Both the position numbers and the translations under genes were made by a program. Shown one piece after another: positions 45,534 through 56,132 of a stretch of 56,132 nt of DNA (the stretch's first letter is position 1; each line of letters opens with the position of its first letter). The DNA is taken from NCBI GenBank assembly GCA_964537995.1, contig CAZICW010000004.1:1-56132 (forward strand). Direction: 5' to 3'. Source of the stretch: an uncultured Oscillospiraceae bacterium (GTDB lineage: Bacteria > Bacillota > Clostridia > UMGS1883). The notes beneath the pieces are model-generated. The model ran no database searches and was not told the DNA's origin. It was given only the letters and a program-made list of their open reading frames with translations.

Positions 45534-45779
45534 ATGTATCTTCATTTGGGCGGACAAACCATGGTTAAAACCGAGAGCATTGTGGCAATACTTGACTTGG
45601 AAACAACCTCCGTAAGCAAAAAAACAAAGGAATTTTTGAGAGCTAACGAAAAAAACGGAGTAATAAAGAATATTTCCGAGGATATACCGAAATCATACGT
45701 CATTTGCGAGGATAACGGAACGGCGAAAATTTATATCACTCAGATGTCGTCCGCGACTTTACTTAAAAGAATAGAATAA
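45534..45779 (+). CDS. remB: DUF370 (RemB/YaaB-like) protein
   Basis: 81 aa, in the same recF-gyrB position as B. subtilis yaaB/remB. The segment LHLGGQTMVKTESIVAILD..SVSKKTKEFL fits the DUF370 pattern. Confidence 0.7.
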   Translation: MYLHLGGQTMVKTESIVAILDLETTSVSKKTKEFLRANEKNGVIKNISEDIPKSYVICEDNGTAKIYITQMSSATLLKRIE

Positions 45780-45891
45780 CATAAGCGCGGATGTCCTCCG
45801 CCTTTAAGGCGGGGTTACGTTCAAAGCAAGCTTGACGGAGCGTTGCTCCGATTTGAAACAATATACAGCATTTCAGGAAAGGATGAGTTAA

Positions 45892-47820
<1,929 letters not shown>

Positions 47821-47855
47821 CGGATTTAAATTTTAGATGAGAGGAGAAAAGCTCA

Positions 47856-50321
47856 ATGGCTTTGGATACAAACGGACAGCAAAGCGAATTTAACGCCGGA
47901 AACATAACCGACGTTGAACTCGTTAACGAGATGAAAACCTCATATATTCAGTACGCGATGAGTGTCATCGTCAGTCGCGCTCTTCCGGATGTTCGCGACG
48001 GCTTAAAGCCTGTTCACAGAAGAATACTTTATACGATGTATCAGGCGGGATATACGCCCGACAAGCCCTATAAAAAATGCGCCGCCACCGTCGGCGATGT
48101 ACTCGGTAAATATCATCCCCACGGCGACGCGTCGGTTTATGACGCAATGGTTCGTATGGCGCAGGATTTCTCTTTGCGCTATCCGCTGATAGACGGTCAC
48201 GGAAACTTCGGCAGCGTGGACGGAGATCCGCCTGCCGCATATCGTTATACGGAATCGAGAATGAGCAAAATATCGCTTGAAATTCTCAGCGATATAGATA
48301 AAGAAACCGTCGATTTCATGCCTAACTATGACGGCAGTCTCGAAGAACCCACGGTGCTTCCCTCAAAGCTGCCTCAGCTCCTTATCAACGGCAGCTCCGG
48401 CATTGCCGTGGGAATGGCGACGAATATTCCTCCGCACAATTTGACGGAGGTTATCGACGGAACGATTGCTTACATCAACAACCGCGACATTACCGTCGAT
48501 GAGCTTATAAATTATATAAAGGGCCCCGACTTCCCGACGGCAGGCATAATAATGGGCAGAAGCGGAATCCGCGACGCTTATCAGACGGGCAGAGGAAAGA
48601 TTATTATACGCTCAAGAACCGAAATTGAGGGTGAGCACGGAGGAAAGCAGCGAATTATCGTAACCGAGATTCCATATCAGGTGAATAAGGCGCGGCTGAT
48701 TGAAAAAATCGCCGAGCTTGTGCGCGACAAGCGCCTTGAGGGAATAAGCGGTCTGCGCGACGAGTCGGACAGGGACGGCATGAGAATCGTCATTGAGATA
48801 AAGCGCGACGCGAACGCCAATGTCGTACTTAACAATCTTTTCAAAAACACACAGCTTCAGGACAGCTTCGGCGTTATAATGCTTGCCATTGCGGACGGTC
48901 AGCCGAAAATTCTGAATCTCAAGGAAATTATTGAAAATTATGTCGCTTTCCAAGAGGACGTTATTACACGCAGAACAAAATATGACCTTGCGAAGGCAAA
49001 GGCGAGAGCGCATATTTTGGAGGGCTTGCTGGTTGCGATTGACAATATCGACGAGGTTATAAAAACCATCCGCAGCAGCTATGACGACGCAAAGGAGAGA
49101 TTGATGGAAAAATTCAATCTGTCCGAGGAACAGTCCAAGGCCATTCTCGATATGCGTCTTGTCAGATTGCAGGGCTTGGAAAAGGAAAAAATCGACAAAG
49201 AATACAGCGAGCTTTTGGGAAAAATAAAATATTATAACGACGTTTTGCAAAATGAGAGCATGGTGCTTGACATAATAAAGCAGGAGCTTACGGTTATCAA
49301 GGAAAAATACGGCGACGAACGCAAAACGGAAATAACAAACATGGTTGACGAAATCGACAATGAAGATTTAATCGAGGAAGAAGAAAGCATTGTCACGCTC
49401 ACCCGTTTCGGGTATGTTAAGCGTATGCCGACGTCTATTTACAGAAGCCAGCGGCGCGGCGGACGCGGAATCAGCGGACTTCAAACCCGTGAGGAGGACT
49501 GTGTTGTCAATATTTTCTCCACGTCCACACATAATAATGTCATGCTGTTCACAAACAAGGGAAGAGTGTATCATCTGAAGGCTTATCAAATTCCCGAGGC
49601 GGGACGGCAGGCAAAGGGAACGGCGATTGTGAATCTTATACCGATTGAAAACGATGAAAAGATTACCGCCGCAATTCCGATAAGCTCCGCCGAAGCCGGA
49701 AAATATCTTGTTATGTGTACGAAAAACGGCGTAATAAAAAAGACGGAAATTACGCAATACAATTTGGCGCGCAAGGGCGGACTTATCGCGATTTCTCTCG
49801 ACGAGGGCGACGAGCTTATCCGCGTTGAGCTGACCGACGGGGAAAGCGAGCTTGTACTCGCGACGCACAACGGCATTGCCATTCGCTTCAACGAAACGGA
49901 TGTGCGCCCCATGGGACGCGGCGCGCGCGGCGTAAAGGCGATAGCTCTGAGGGACGGAGACTTTGTCGTCGGAATGTGCGTGCCGGAAAACGGCGCGGAT
50001 TTGCTTCTTGTAACGGAAAAGGGCTTCGGAAAACGTACCGGTTCGGATGAGTACCGCGTTCAGTCGCGCGGCGGCATGGGAATAAAAACGTATAAAATTA
50101 CCGAGCAAACGGGAAAGCTTGTCGCGATTCACAGCGTAACGGACAATGACGATATAATGATGATAACCAGCGAAGGCGTTGTGATTCGTATTTGTGCCGC
50201 CGAAATCAGCAAAATCGGACGAAACACCAAGGGAGTCCGTCTTATGCGGCTCGGCGAAGGCGTGAGCGTGGTTTCCGCCGCAAAAGCGGAGCATGAAGAG
50301 GAAGATACAACGGAGGAATAA
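47856..50321 (+). CDS. gyrA: DNA gyrase subunit A
   Basis: QRDR segment [18 protein letters not shown], catalytic AAYRYTE, C-terminal beta-pinwheel repeats and an acidic tail. Confidence 0.97.
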   Translation: MALDTNGQQSEFNAGNITDVELVNEMKTSYIQYAMSVIVSRALPDVRDGLKPVHRRILYTMYQAGYTPDKPYKKCAATVGDVLGKYHPHGDASVYDAMVRMAQDFSLRYPLIDGHGNFGSVDGDPPAAYRYTESRMSKISLEILSDIDKETVDFMPNYDGSLEEPTVLPSKLPQLLINGSSGIAVGMATNIPPHNLTEVIDGTIAYINNRDITVDELINYIKGPDFPTAGIIMGRSGIRDAYQTGRGKIIIRSRTEIEGEHGGKQRIIVTEIPYQVNKARLIEKIAELVRDKRLEGISGLRDESDRDGMRIVIEIKRDANANVVLNNLFKNTQLQDSFGVIMLAIADGQPKILNLKEIIENYVAFQEDVITRRTKYDLAKAKARAHILEGLLVAIDNIDEVIKTIRSSYDDAKERLMEKFNLSEEQSKAILDMRLVRLQGLEKEKIDKEYSELLGKIKYYNDVLQNESMVLDIIKQELTVIKEKYGDERKTEITNMVDEIDNEDLIEEEESIVTLTRFGYVKRMPTSIYRSQRRGGRGISGLQTREEDCVVNIFSTSTHNNVMLFTNKGRVYHLKAYQIPEAGRQAKGTAIVNLIPIENDEKITAAIPISSAEAGKYLVMCTKNGVIKKTEITQYNLARKGGLIAISLDEGDELIRVELTDGESELVLATHNGIAIRFNETDVRPMGRGARGVKAIALRDGDFVVGMCVPENGADLLLVTEKGFGKRTGSDEYRVQSRGGMGIKTYKITEQTGKLVAIHSVTDNDDIMMITSEGVVIRICAAEISKIGRNTKGVRLMRLGEGVSVVSAAKAEHEEEDTTEE

Positions 50322-50334
50322 ATTCGGCTGAGCG

Positions 50335-50366
50335 GGGTGCGGGGTTAAAGCCCTGCGCCCTGTTTG
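50335..50366 (+). terminator. probable terminator after gyrA
   Basis: GGGTGCGGGG-ttaaag-CCCTGCGCCC (10 bp including 2 G-U pairs) followed by TGTTTG. Confidence 0.45.
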
Positions 50367-50433
50367 CTCAGCGCGATTTTTAAGGCGCGGTTAGCCGTCC
50401 GCAAGCCGCCGAAAACGGGAAAAAGCCCGCTTT

Positions 50434-52104
50434 TTAAATCAGCAGCTTCATTGCCGAGCCGCGGGATTTTTCAACATCAATTTCCGAAATTTTTTTCCTT
50501 ATTTTCAGGATATTCGGCGGAGAAACCGAAAGCTCATCTACGCCGATTGAGAGAAACAGCGCGGTAAGCTCGGGATCGCCCGCCAATTCTCCGCAGATTC
50601 CGACCCATTTGCCGAAGCGGTGTGCATTGTCAACCGTGGTTTTTATCATGCGCAGCACGGAGGTGTGGCGAGGGTCGAAAAACTCGGCGGCGCGTTGATT
50701 CTGGCGGTCAACGGCGAGACAGTATTGCGAAAGGTCGTTGGTTCCGATGCTGAAAAAATCGACGTGCGGCGCGAGAATGTCGCTTATAATTGCCGCGGCG
50801 GGTGTTTCAATCATAATCCCCTGCTCCGGCTCGCCGAAGGGAAGCCCCGCGTCGCGCAGTTCGTCGCGCGCCTCGTCCGAGACGGCTTTTATGCGGAGCA
50901 GCTCTTCTGCCGAGGTTATCATGGGATACATTATCGCAAGGCGACCGTAGCGCGAAGCCCTCAACAGAGCGCGGAGCTGGGTTTTGAAAAGCTCCGGTCT
51001 GCTAAGACACAGCCGTATTGCCCGAACTCCCATAGCGGGATTTTCCTCGGGTTCAAGGTGAAAATATGCCGCCTGCTTGTCTGCGCCGATGTCAAGCGTA
51101 CGAATTATTGCGCGTTTGTTTCCCATTGTTTCGGCAACGGTTTTATAAATCACAAACTGCTCCTCCTCGGAGGGGTAGCTTTTTCTTTCCAGATAAATAA
51201 ATTCGCTGCGGAACAGACCGATTCCTCCAGCGTCGTTTTTCATAACCGAGGAGAGGTCTTTAATGTTGCCGATGTTGGCGTAAAGCATAATTCTTTTTCC
51301 GTCGGAGCTTATGTTATCCCGCCCGCGCATAGCCTGAAGAGCCGCGTCCTCCTTGCGGTCGGCTTCAAGCCGCGCCGCCGCGCGGCTCAGAGTTTCCTCG
51401 TCGGGGTCAAGGTAGATTTTCCCGCCGTATCCGTCAACGACGACGGTTTTTCCGTTCAGAGCGTCGGAAATTTCAATGTTTGCCGATACGATTGCCGGAA
51501 TGCCTATCGTTCTCGCGAGAATTGCCGTGTGGGAATTTGTGCTGCCGAGCGAGGTTACGAAGGCAAGAATTTTATCCTTGTCCATTTGCAGGGTTTCGCT
51601 CGGAGCCAAATCCTCGGCAAAGATGACGGCGGCTTCGCTTTCCTTTGCGGATAGGGCTTCCCGTCCCGCCAGAACCTCCGTCAAGCGTCGGGAAACATCC
51701 TCGACGTCGGCGGCGCGCGCTTTCATGTATTCGTCGTCCATTGAGGAAAATATCCGCGCAAAATCCTCGGCGGCGCTTTCGGCGGCATACTCCGCGATGA
51801 CCGACTGATCCTTTATGCGGCTTTCAACCGCCGAAATATAGTCGGGGTCGCAGAGCATCATGCGGTGTATTTCAAAAATTGCGGCATTTTCCTCACCGAC
51901 CTCGGCCGCTGCCTTGGCATACAGATTTTTAAGCTGTTCCTCGGCTTTGTTTTTTGCCGTGCGGAAACGGCGGATTTCGGCTTCCGCGTCGTCGGCGCGC
52001 TGCGGCGCGGTTTTTTTGAGTCCCTTTTCCGAAACGAGTATTTTTCCGACGGCAATACCGCCGCATACGCTTTTGCCGCTGTATTCCTTCATTTTTGAAG
52101 CCAT
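50434..52104 (-). CDS. ptsI: phosphoenolpyruvate-protein phosphotransferase (PTS enzyme I)
   Basis: Phospho-histidine region GSTNSHTAILAR and PEP-utilizer TIM barrel motifs (FFSIGTNDLSQY, VGICGELAG), directly downstream of ptsH. Confidence 0.95.
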   Translation of the reverse strand: MASKMKEYSGKSVCGGIAVGKILVSEKGLKKTAPQRADDAEAEIRRFRTAKNKAEEQLKNLYAKAAAEVGEENAAIFEIHRMMLCDPDYISAVESRIKDQSVIAEYAAESAAEDFARIFSSMDDEYMKARAADVEDVSRRLTEVLAGREALSAKESEAAVIFAEDLAPSETLQMDKDKILAFVTSLGSTNSHTAILARTIGIPAIVSANIEISDALNGKTVVVDGYGGKIYLDPDEETLSRAAARLEADRKEDAALQAMRGRDNISSDGKRIMLYANIGNIKDLSSVMKNDAGGIGLFRSEFIYLERKSYPSEEEQFVIYKTVAETMGNKRAIIRTLDIGADKQAAYFHLEPEENPAMGVRAIRLCLSRPELFKTQLRALLRASRYGRLAIMYPMITSAEELLRIKAVSDEARDELRDAGLPFGEPEQGIMIETPAAAIISDILAPHVDFFSIGTNDLSQYCLAVDRQNQRAAEFFDPRHTSVLRMIKTTVDNAHRFGKWVGICGELAGDPELTALFLSIGVDELSVSPPNILKIRKKISEIDVEKSRGSAMKLLI

Positions 52105-52177
52105 GCGGCTTCATCTCCTTTTATCAGATATTTATTTAAAGGTTAGCGAAACGATTTTCCGACAATTCGGCGCTTCG

Positions 52178-52435
52178 CTATATATTTTCGTTCAGAAATC
52201 GCAGCATGGCGTCTGCCGCGCTGTCCTCGTCCGGGCCTTCCGTTTCGACGGTTATGGTCTGCCCTTTTTTCGCGCCCAGGCTCATAACCGAAAAAATACG
52301 CTTTGCGTCGGCCTTTTTACTTGCCGTCGAAAGTCTTATGTCGGAGCGAAACTCCGAAGCCTTTTTGACAAGCGCGCCGGCCGGACGGGCGTGTATTCCG
52401 TTTTCATCCTTTATGATATAATCGAAGGTTTTCAT
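52178..52435 (-). CDS. ptsH: phosphocarrier protein HPr
   Basis: His-15 motif GIHARPAGALV and Ser-46 region KRIFSVMSLGAKKG. Confidence 0.93.
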   Translation of the reverse strand: MKTFDYIIKDENGIHARPAGALVKKASEFRSDIRLSTASKKADAKRIFSVMSLGAKKGQTITVETEGPDEDSAADAMLRFLNENI

Positions 52436-52503
52436 TTTTGCAGGTTCCTTTCCGAGTTGGATTTTCTGTTTTTCATTTTAACCTGCGGCAGGGATAATTA
52501 TAC

Positions 52504-52543
52504 ATAAAAAACGGCTTCCTTCCGCTTTTGACGAAGGAAGCCG
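52504..52543 (-). terminator. rho-independent terminator after the family-5 binding-protein gene
   Basis: On the minus strand, CGGCTTCCTTC-loop-GAAGGAAGCCG followed by TTTTTTAT. Confidence 0.8.
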
Positions 52544-52555
52544 CGGGGCGTCGGA

Positions 52556-54145
52556 TTATTTGTTAAAAAACCATTTCCCTACATTTCCGAAGGGAGACAT
52601 AAACAACGGAGAGGTTCCGCCGGCGATATTTTTTGACAAAATCAAGCTGTCGTCGATGAAAACAAGCCCGATAATCGGCTGCTCGCGCGAAAAAACCTCC
52701 TGGACAATGGAGCAGGCGTTGACAAAGCTTTCGTCATCGGATGCCGCCGCCAGCGTATCCAGAGCCAAATCCATATATTCGCTCGAATAGCCGCCGTAAT
52801 TTTGCTCTCCGTCGGAGCGGAGCAAAAATTCCAAATCGTAGAGATTTCCTATGTCCGTGCCGCCGATATAGGCGTCAAAATCGCCGGCCTTGATTCGCGA
52901 GACATAAGTATCAAAATCCGCCGTTTCGACAGCGACCGAAAAGCCGCTCTCGGCAAGGCGTGAGGCGATGATGTTTGCCGCCTTGACGCGGCGGGAATTT
53001 TCTTTGTTTACAAGAATTGAAAATTCGAGCGATATGGTTTCGGCTGTTTCTCGCGGGCTGCCGTCGTCGTCGCCGAACTGCGAGGTTACCGTTTTTGAAA
53101 GCGTTCCGCCGCCGTTGTCTGTCCATCCGTCGAAAAACAGAGTTTCCTCCGCTCCGGCGGCGTTATAGTCCACAAGCGAAAGCGAGGGTGTATAGCGCAG
53201 AGAATTTGGGTGCATGGGCAGATTTGCCGCCACGGAAAGAGAGCCGTAGCCGTCGGCGACGATTTCTTCGCGGTCTATCGCGCCGCTCATGGCTTCACGG
53301 ACGGAAAGCGATGAAAATACGGGATTGCGGTAATTAAGACCTATATATTCGAATGCCGCGCCGCATACGCGCTTGATTTCACAGTTGTCGCGCACGGCAA
53401 ATTCGTCGGTATCATATACGCCGCTTTGGATTGCGTCGGTAACTCCGGTCGAAAAGGCGGACGCCATGGTTATGTTTTCCTTGACGATGCTGAAAATTAT
53501 TTTGTCGAAGCCGGCGTTCCCGTCGCGGTAGCCCTCGAATCGGGTGAGTATCAGGCTTTGACCCGCGTTCAGGCTTTCAAACATAAAGGGGCCCGTGCCG
53601 ACCGCGGCGGAGTCGAGATTGCCGGCGGCAAGCGGAATTATCGGAAAATATAGGGAATAAAGAAGCTGACCGTAGCTTCGGCTGAGATTTATTGTCACAA
53701 GGTAAATTCCCGTTTCGGTCGCGGCGGAAACGTATCGCAGCAGATGTGAGTAAGGACTGTCGGGATTACCTTTGATTGTGTTGACGGTGTAGACGACGTC
53801 CTTTGCCGTAAGCTCGCCGCCGTCGTGCCAGAGTACGCCCTCCTTCAGCTTTATTGTGAGCGAGGTCGCGTCGGAATTGAAGCTCCAGCTTTCCGCAAGA
53901 ACAGGCTTCAGCTCCTGATCGGCGGTTACGGCGATAAGCGGCTCATAGACCGCGAAAAGCGCGTCGCGCACGGTTTTTGACGTCGCCAGCAGAGGATTGA
54001 GAGTGTCGCTTGCTCCCATTGAAGCATTCAGAACGCCGCCGTAGACCACCGAGGTTTCCGAGGCGACAATGTCGTCGCCGTCATCGCCCTTGCAGGAGCA
54101 AAGCAGTACGCAGACAGCCAGAAGCAGCGCAAACAGTTTTCTCAA
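52556..54145 (-). CDS. ABC transporter substrate-binding lipoprotein, family 5 (peptide/nickel type), no adjacent permease or ATPase
   Basis: Lipobox LLCSC. The SBP_bac_5 pattern is present (NPLLATSKTVRDALFAVYEPLI, LAESWSFNSDATSLTIKLKEGVLWHDG). Confidence 0.8.
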   Translation of the reverse strand: MRKLFALLLAVCVLLCSCKGDDGDDIVASETSVVYGGVLNASMGASDTLNPLLATSKTVRDALFAVYEPLIAVTADQELKPVLAESWSFNSDATSLTIKLKEGVLWHDGGELTAKDVVYTVNTIKGNPDSPYSHLLRYVSAATETGIYLVTINLSRSYGQLLYSLYFPIIPLAAGNLDSAAVGTGPFMFESLNAGQSLILTRFEGYRDGNAGFDKIIFSIVKENITMASAFSTGVTDAIQSGVYDTDEFAVRDNCEIKRVCGAAFEYIGLNYRNPVFSSLSVREAMSGAIDREEIVADGYGSLSVAANLPMHPNSLRYTPSLSLVDYNAAGAEETLFFDGWTDNGGGTLSKTVTSQFGDDDGSPRETAETISLEFSILVNKENSRRVKAANIIASRLAESGFSVAVETADFDTYVSRIKAGDFDAYIGGTDIGNLYDLEFLLRSDGEQNYGGYSSEYMDLALDTLAAASDDESFVNACSIVQEVFSREQPIIGLVFIDDSLILSKNIAGGTSPLFMSPFGNVGKWFFNK

Positions 54146-54148
54146 GAT

Positions 54149-54949
54149 TTAAACCTCCCAATCGTTTGTCCGCCGAGTCATTTCAATCACGGCTCCCATA
54201 GCGCCGCTTTTGCCGTTTTGGGCGCGGTGGGAGAAGAAAAGATCGCTGCAGCATTTTGTGCAGGGCGCGGAATTGTCGATTCGCGCTATGCCGAGAGCGC
54301 GCAGACTCAGCTCTATTGCGGCGCGCAGATCGAGCATATATTTTCCGTTTTTCGTTTCTGCGCGGCAGCTTTCCGGAAATCGCTCCGCGACGTCGGCGGA
54401 GGTTTCATAGCAGCATATTCCTATCGCGGGGCCGATTGCGGCGAGTATGCTTTTCGGTTCGGCGCCCAAACGGATAAGCCTTTCGGCGGTCTTTCCGGCA
54501 ATGTTCAGCGCCGTGCCGCGCCATCCGCTGTGTATCGCGGCAACCGCCCGTATGTCGGGCGCGTACAGCAAAATGGGAACGCAGTCCGCCGCATACGCAA
54601 TCAAAGGAGCTTCGGGAAGAAGGGTTATCAGCGCGTCAACCGCGTGATCCCACGCAAAAGAAACCCCTGCTCCGAGGTTGGTTTTGTCTATTACGGCAAT
54701 TTCGTCCGTATGCTCCTGCCGTCCCGAAGATAGGCTTTCGTGCCTGAAGCCCAAGGCCTTGCAGAGAATTTTCTCGTTTTGACGGACATGGTCGGGGTCG
54801 TCGCCGCGTCGGGGACTTAACGACAGGGACGCGTACTCGCCCTCGCTGACGCCGCCGCTTCTGCAGGTGAAGCCGTGGACTATGCCGCTTTGACTCAAAA
54901 GCAGCTCGGATTGCCAAAGCTCTACGCCGTTTATTTTCCGTATTGGCAT
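54149..54949 (-). CDS. pgeF: peptidoglycan editing factor PgeF / YfiH (Cu-oxidase_4, DUF152) family
   Basis: The motifs GFTCRSGGVSEG, ADCVPIL, AAIHSGWRGT and GPAIGICCYE are typical of the YfiH family. Confidence 0.85.
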   Translation of the reverse strand: MPIRKINGVELWQSELLLSQSGIVHGFTCRSGGVSEGEYASLSLSPRRGDDPDHVRQNEKILCKALGFRHESLSSGRQEHTDEIAVIDKTNLGAGVSFAWDHAVDALITLLPEAPLIAYAADCVPILLYAPDIRAVAAIHSGWRGTALNIAGKTAERLIRLGAEPKSILAAIGPAIGICCYETSADVAERFPESCRAETKNGKYMLDLRAAIELSLRALGIARIDNSAPCTKCCSDLFFSHRAQNGKSGAMGAVIEMTRRTNDWEV

Positions 54950-55728
54950 ATTCGTATAATCTCCTTTGCTCTGCCGGTCTCCTCGTCAATATTTACAACG
55001 GCTCCGCAGAGCATAAATTCCCCTTCCGCCACGCGGAAGCGGGACTTTTTTTCATTCCCCTCAATAAGACGGGAAAAGGCGGATTCGACCGTCATGCCCA
55101 GAACGCTGTGAACCGCGCCCGTGCGTCCCGCGTCGGTCATATAGGCGGTTCCCTTCGGCAGAATCCGCTCGTCGGCGGTCTGGACATGGGTATGGGTTCC
55201 TATGACTGCCGAAGCAAGCCCGTCCATATAGTAGCCCATTGCTTCCTTTTCGCTTGTGGCTTCGGCGTGGAAGTCGATGAAAACAACAGGCGTGCGCTCG
55301 CGCGCCTTTTCGGTAAGCTCACGGGCGGCGGCGTATGGGTCAAGTGGAGAGCCGTGCATGAAGGCCCTGCCGATAAGATTTATTATCGCTATTTTGCAGC
55401 CGTTTTTCGTCGGCACAATCGCCATTCCCTCACCCGAACAAGGCTCCGGAAGATTGGCGGGGCGCACAATGCTTTCGCCTTCGGCAAGGAGCTGATATAT
55501 CTCTTTTTTTGAAAAGGTATGATTTCCCATCGTAAAATAGTCCACGCCGGCACGGCGAAGTTCGTCGTAGCCGCTGCGGGTCAGTCCGCTTCCGCCCGAA
55601 GCGTTTTCTCCGTTCGCGACGCAGAAATCCACACTGTATTTTTCTTTTATTTCGGGCAGCAGCTCGAAAACCGCGTTTCTGCCGGTTCGTCCCATAACGT
55701 CGCCGACAAATAATAATCTGAAAGCCAT
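54931..55728 (-). CDS. ymdB: YmdB-family metallophosphoesterase (TIGR00282)
   Basis: LLFVGDVMGRTGR, VANGENASGGSG, DFHAEATSEK and GTHTHVQTADERIL motifs. Confidence 0.88.
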   Translation of the reverse strand: MAFRLLFVGDVMGRTGRNAVFELLPEIKEKYSVDFCVANGENASGGSGLTRSGYDELRRAGVDYFTMGNHTFSKKEIYQLLAEGESIVRPANLPEPCSGEGMAIVPTKNGCKIAIINLIGRAFMHGSPLDPYAAARELTEKARERTPVVFIDFHAEATSEKEAMGYYMDGLASAVIGTHTHVQTADERILPKGTAYMTDAGRTGAVHSVLGMTVESAFSRLIEGNEKKSRFRVAEGEFMLCGAVVNIDEETGRAKEIIRICQYGK

Positions 55729-55745
55729 TTTGTTTTATCCTTTGC

Positions 55746-56132
55746 TCAGAGCTTGCTTGAATATTTGTTTACATACGCCGCCCGCTGGGAAGCTTTTTCG
55801 TTACGGTAAGCGGTACGAAGCGTGGAAACAACGGAGGTATCGGCTCCGATTGCGTTGAGATTTGCGGTAAGCTCGCTTAAAACGGCTTCCACCTTGGAGT
55901 CGCAGGAGCTTTCCATGGAAGCGACCTCGCCCGAAAACTTTGCGAGAGTGCTGCTTTTTGCGGCGGTAGAGCCGGACTGCGTTTTTTGCTCGTTGTAGTA
56001 GGCTTTCGCGCGGGAGACAAGACCTTCGATTTGAGATGTATATTGGGACTGAAGCACATAAAGCTGAGAAACGGCGTCGGCAATCAACAAATCGGCTGAG
56101 GAGGAGGCGGATTCGGCTGAGGAAGAGCCGCT
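55746..56132 (-). CDS. hypothetical protein, 5'-truncated by the window edge
   Basis: The frame stays open to base 56132 (upstream residues SGSSSAESASSSADLL). It shows a Ser/Ala-rich linker followed by a helical domain. No family is recognised. Confidence 0.5.
   Translation of the reverse strand, partial: SGSSSAESASSSADLLIADAVSQLYVLQSQYTSQIEGLVSRAKAYYNEQKTQSGSTAAKSSTLAKFSGEVASMESSCDSKVEAVLSELTANLNAIGADTSVVSTLRTAYRNEKASQRAAYVNKYSSKL

Noticed and set aside
45780-45891. Two short hairpins (CCTCCGCC-tttaa-GGCGGGG and GGAGC-gtt-GCTCC) between remB and gyrB, considered as an attenuator or riboswitch
   Set aside because: The stems are short with no convincing U-tract or alternative pairing. They could be a weak terminator or promoter-proximal structure, and the evidence is not enough to call a feature.

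Overview
This window is the origin-of-replication neighbourhood of a Firmicutes/Clostridia-type, apparently spore-forming anaerobe. The taxon is inferred from gene content only. The core is the classic block rpmH-rnpA-yidD-yidC-jag-mnmE-mnmG-rsmG-noc-soj-spo0J on the minus strand. It faces dnaA-dnaN-yaaA-recF-remB-gyrB-gyrA on the plus strand, with a bipartite oriC around dnaA. The left half holds dnaG-rpoD, an LtaS-like sulfatase, a hydroxyproline-dehydratase-type glycyl radical enzyme with its activase, polC, relA, recJ and a 1348-aa SLH-anchored surface glycosidase-like protein. It also holds ypeB, apgM, ytvI, a radical-SAM/TIGR03915 'DNA modification/repair' gene pair and serS. The right end carries ptsH-ptsI, an orphan family-5 binding protein, pgeF, ymdB and a truncated ORF. 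I found no rRNA or tRNA genes, CRISPR array, transposase, integrase, or recognisable defence or prophage island, so most of the window is ordinary core genome. The observations I rate highest are: (1) the PolC-type replicase lacks the whole DnaQ-like 3'-5' exonuclease insertion; (2) the uncharacterised radical-SAM/TIGR03915 pair sits behind a LexA (Cheo)-like box that overlaps its -35 element; (3) the oriC is built mostly from a non-canonical TTTTYAACAGC repeat, with only one near-consensus DnaA box. Two parS sites, several structured leaders and palindromes, and a genome-style explanation for the many very long antisense ORFs are also recorded. All family assignments come from reading motifs in the supplied translations and were not checked against databases.
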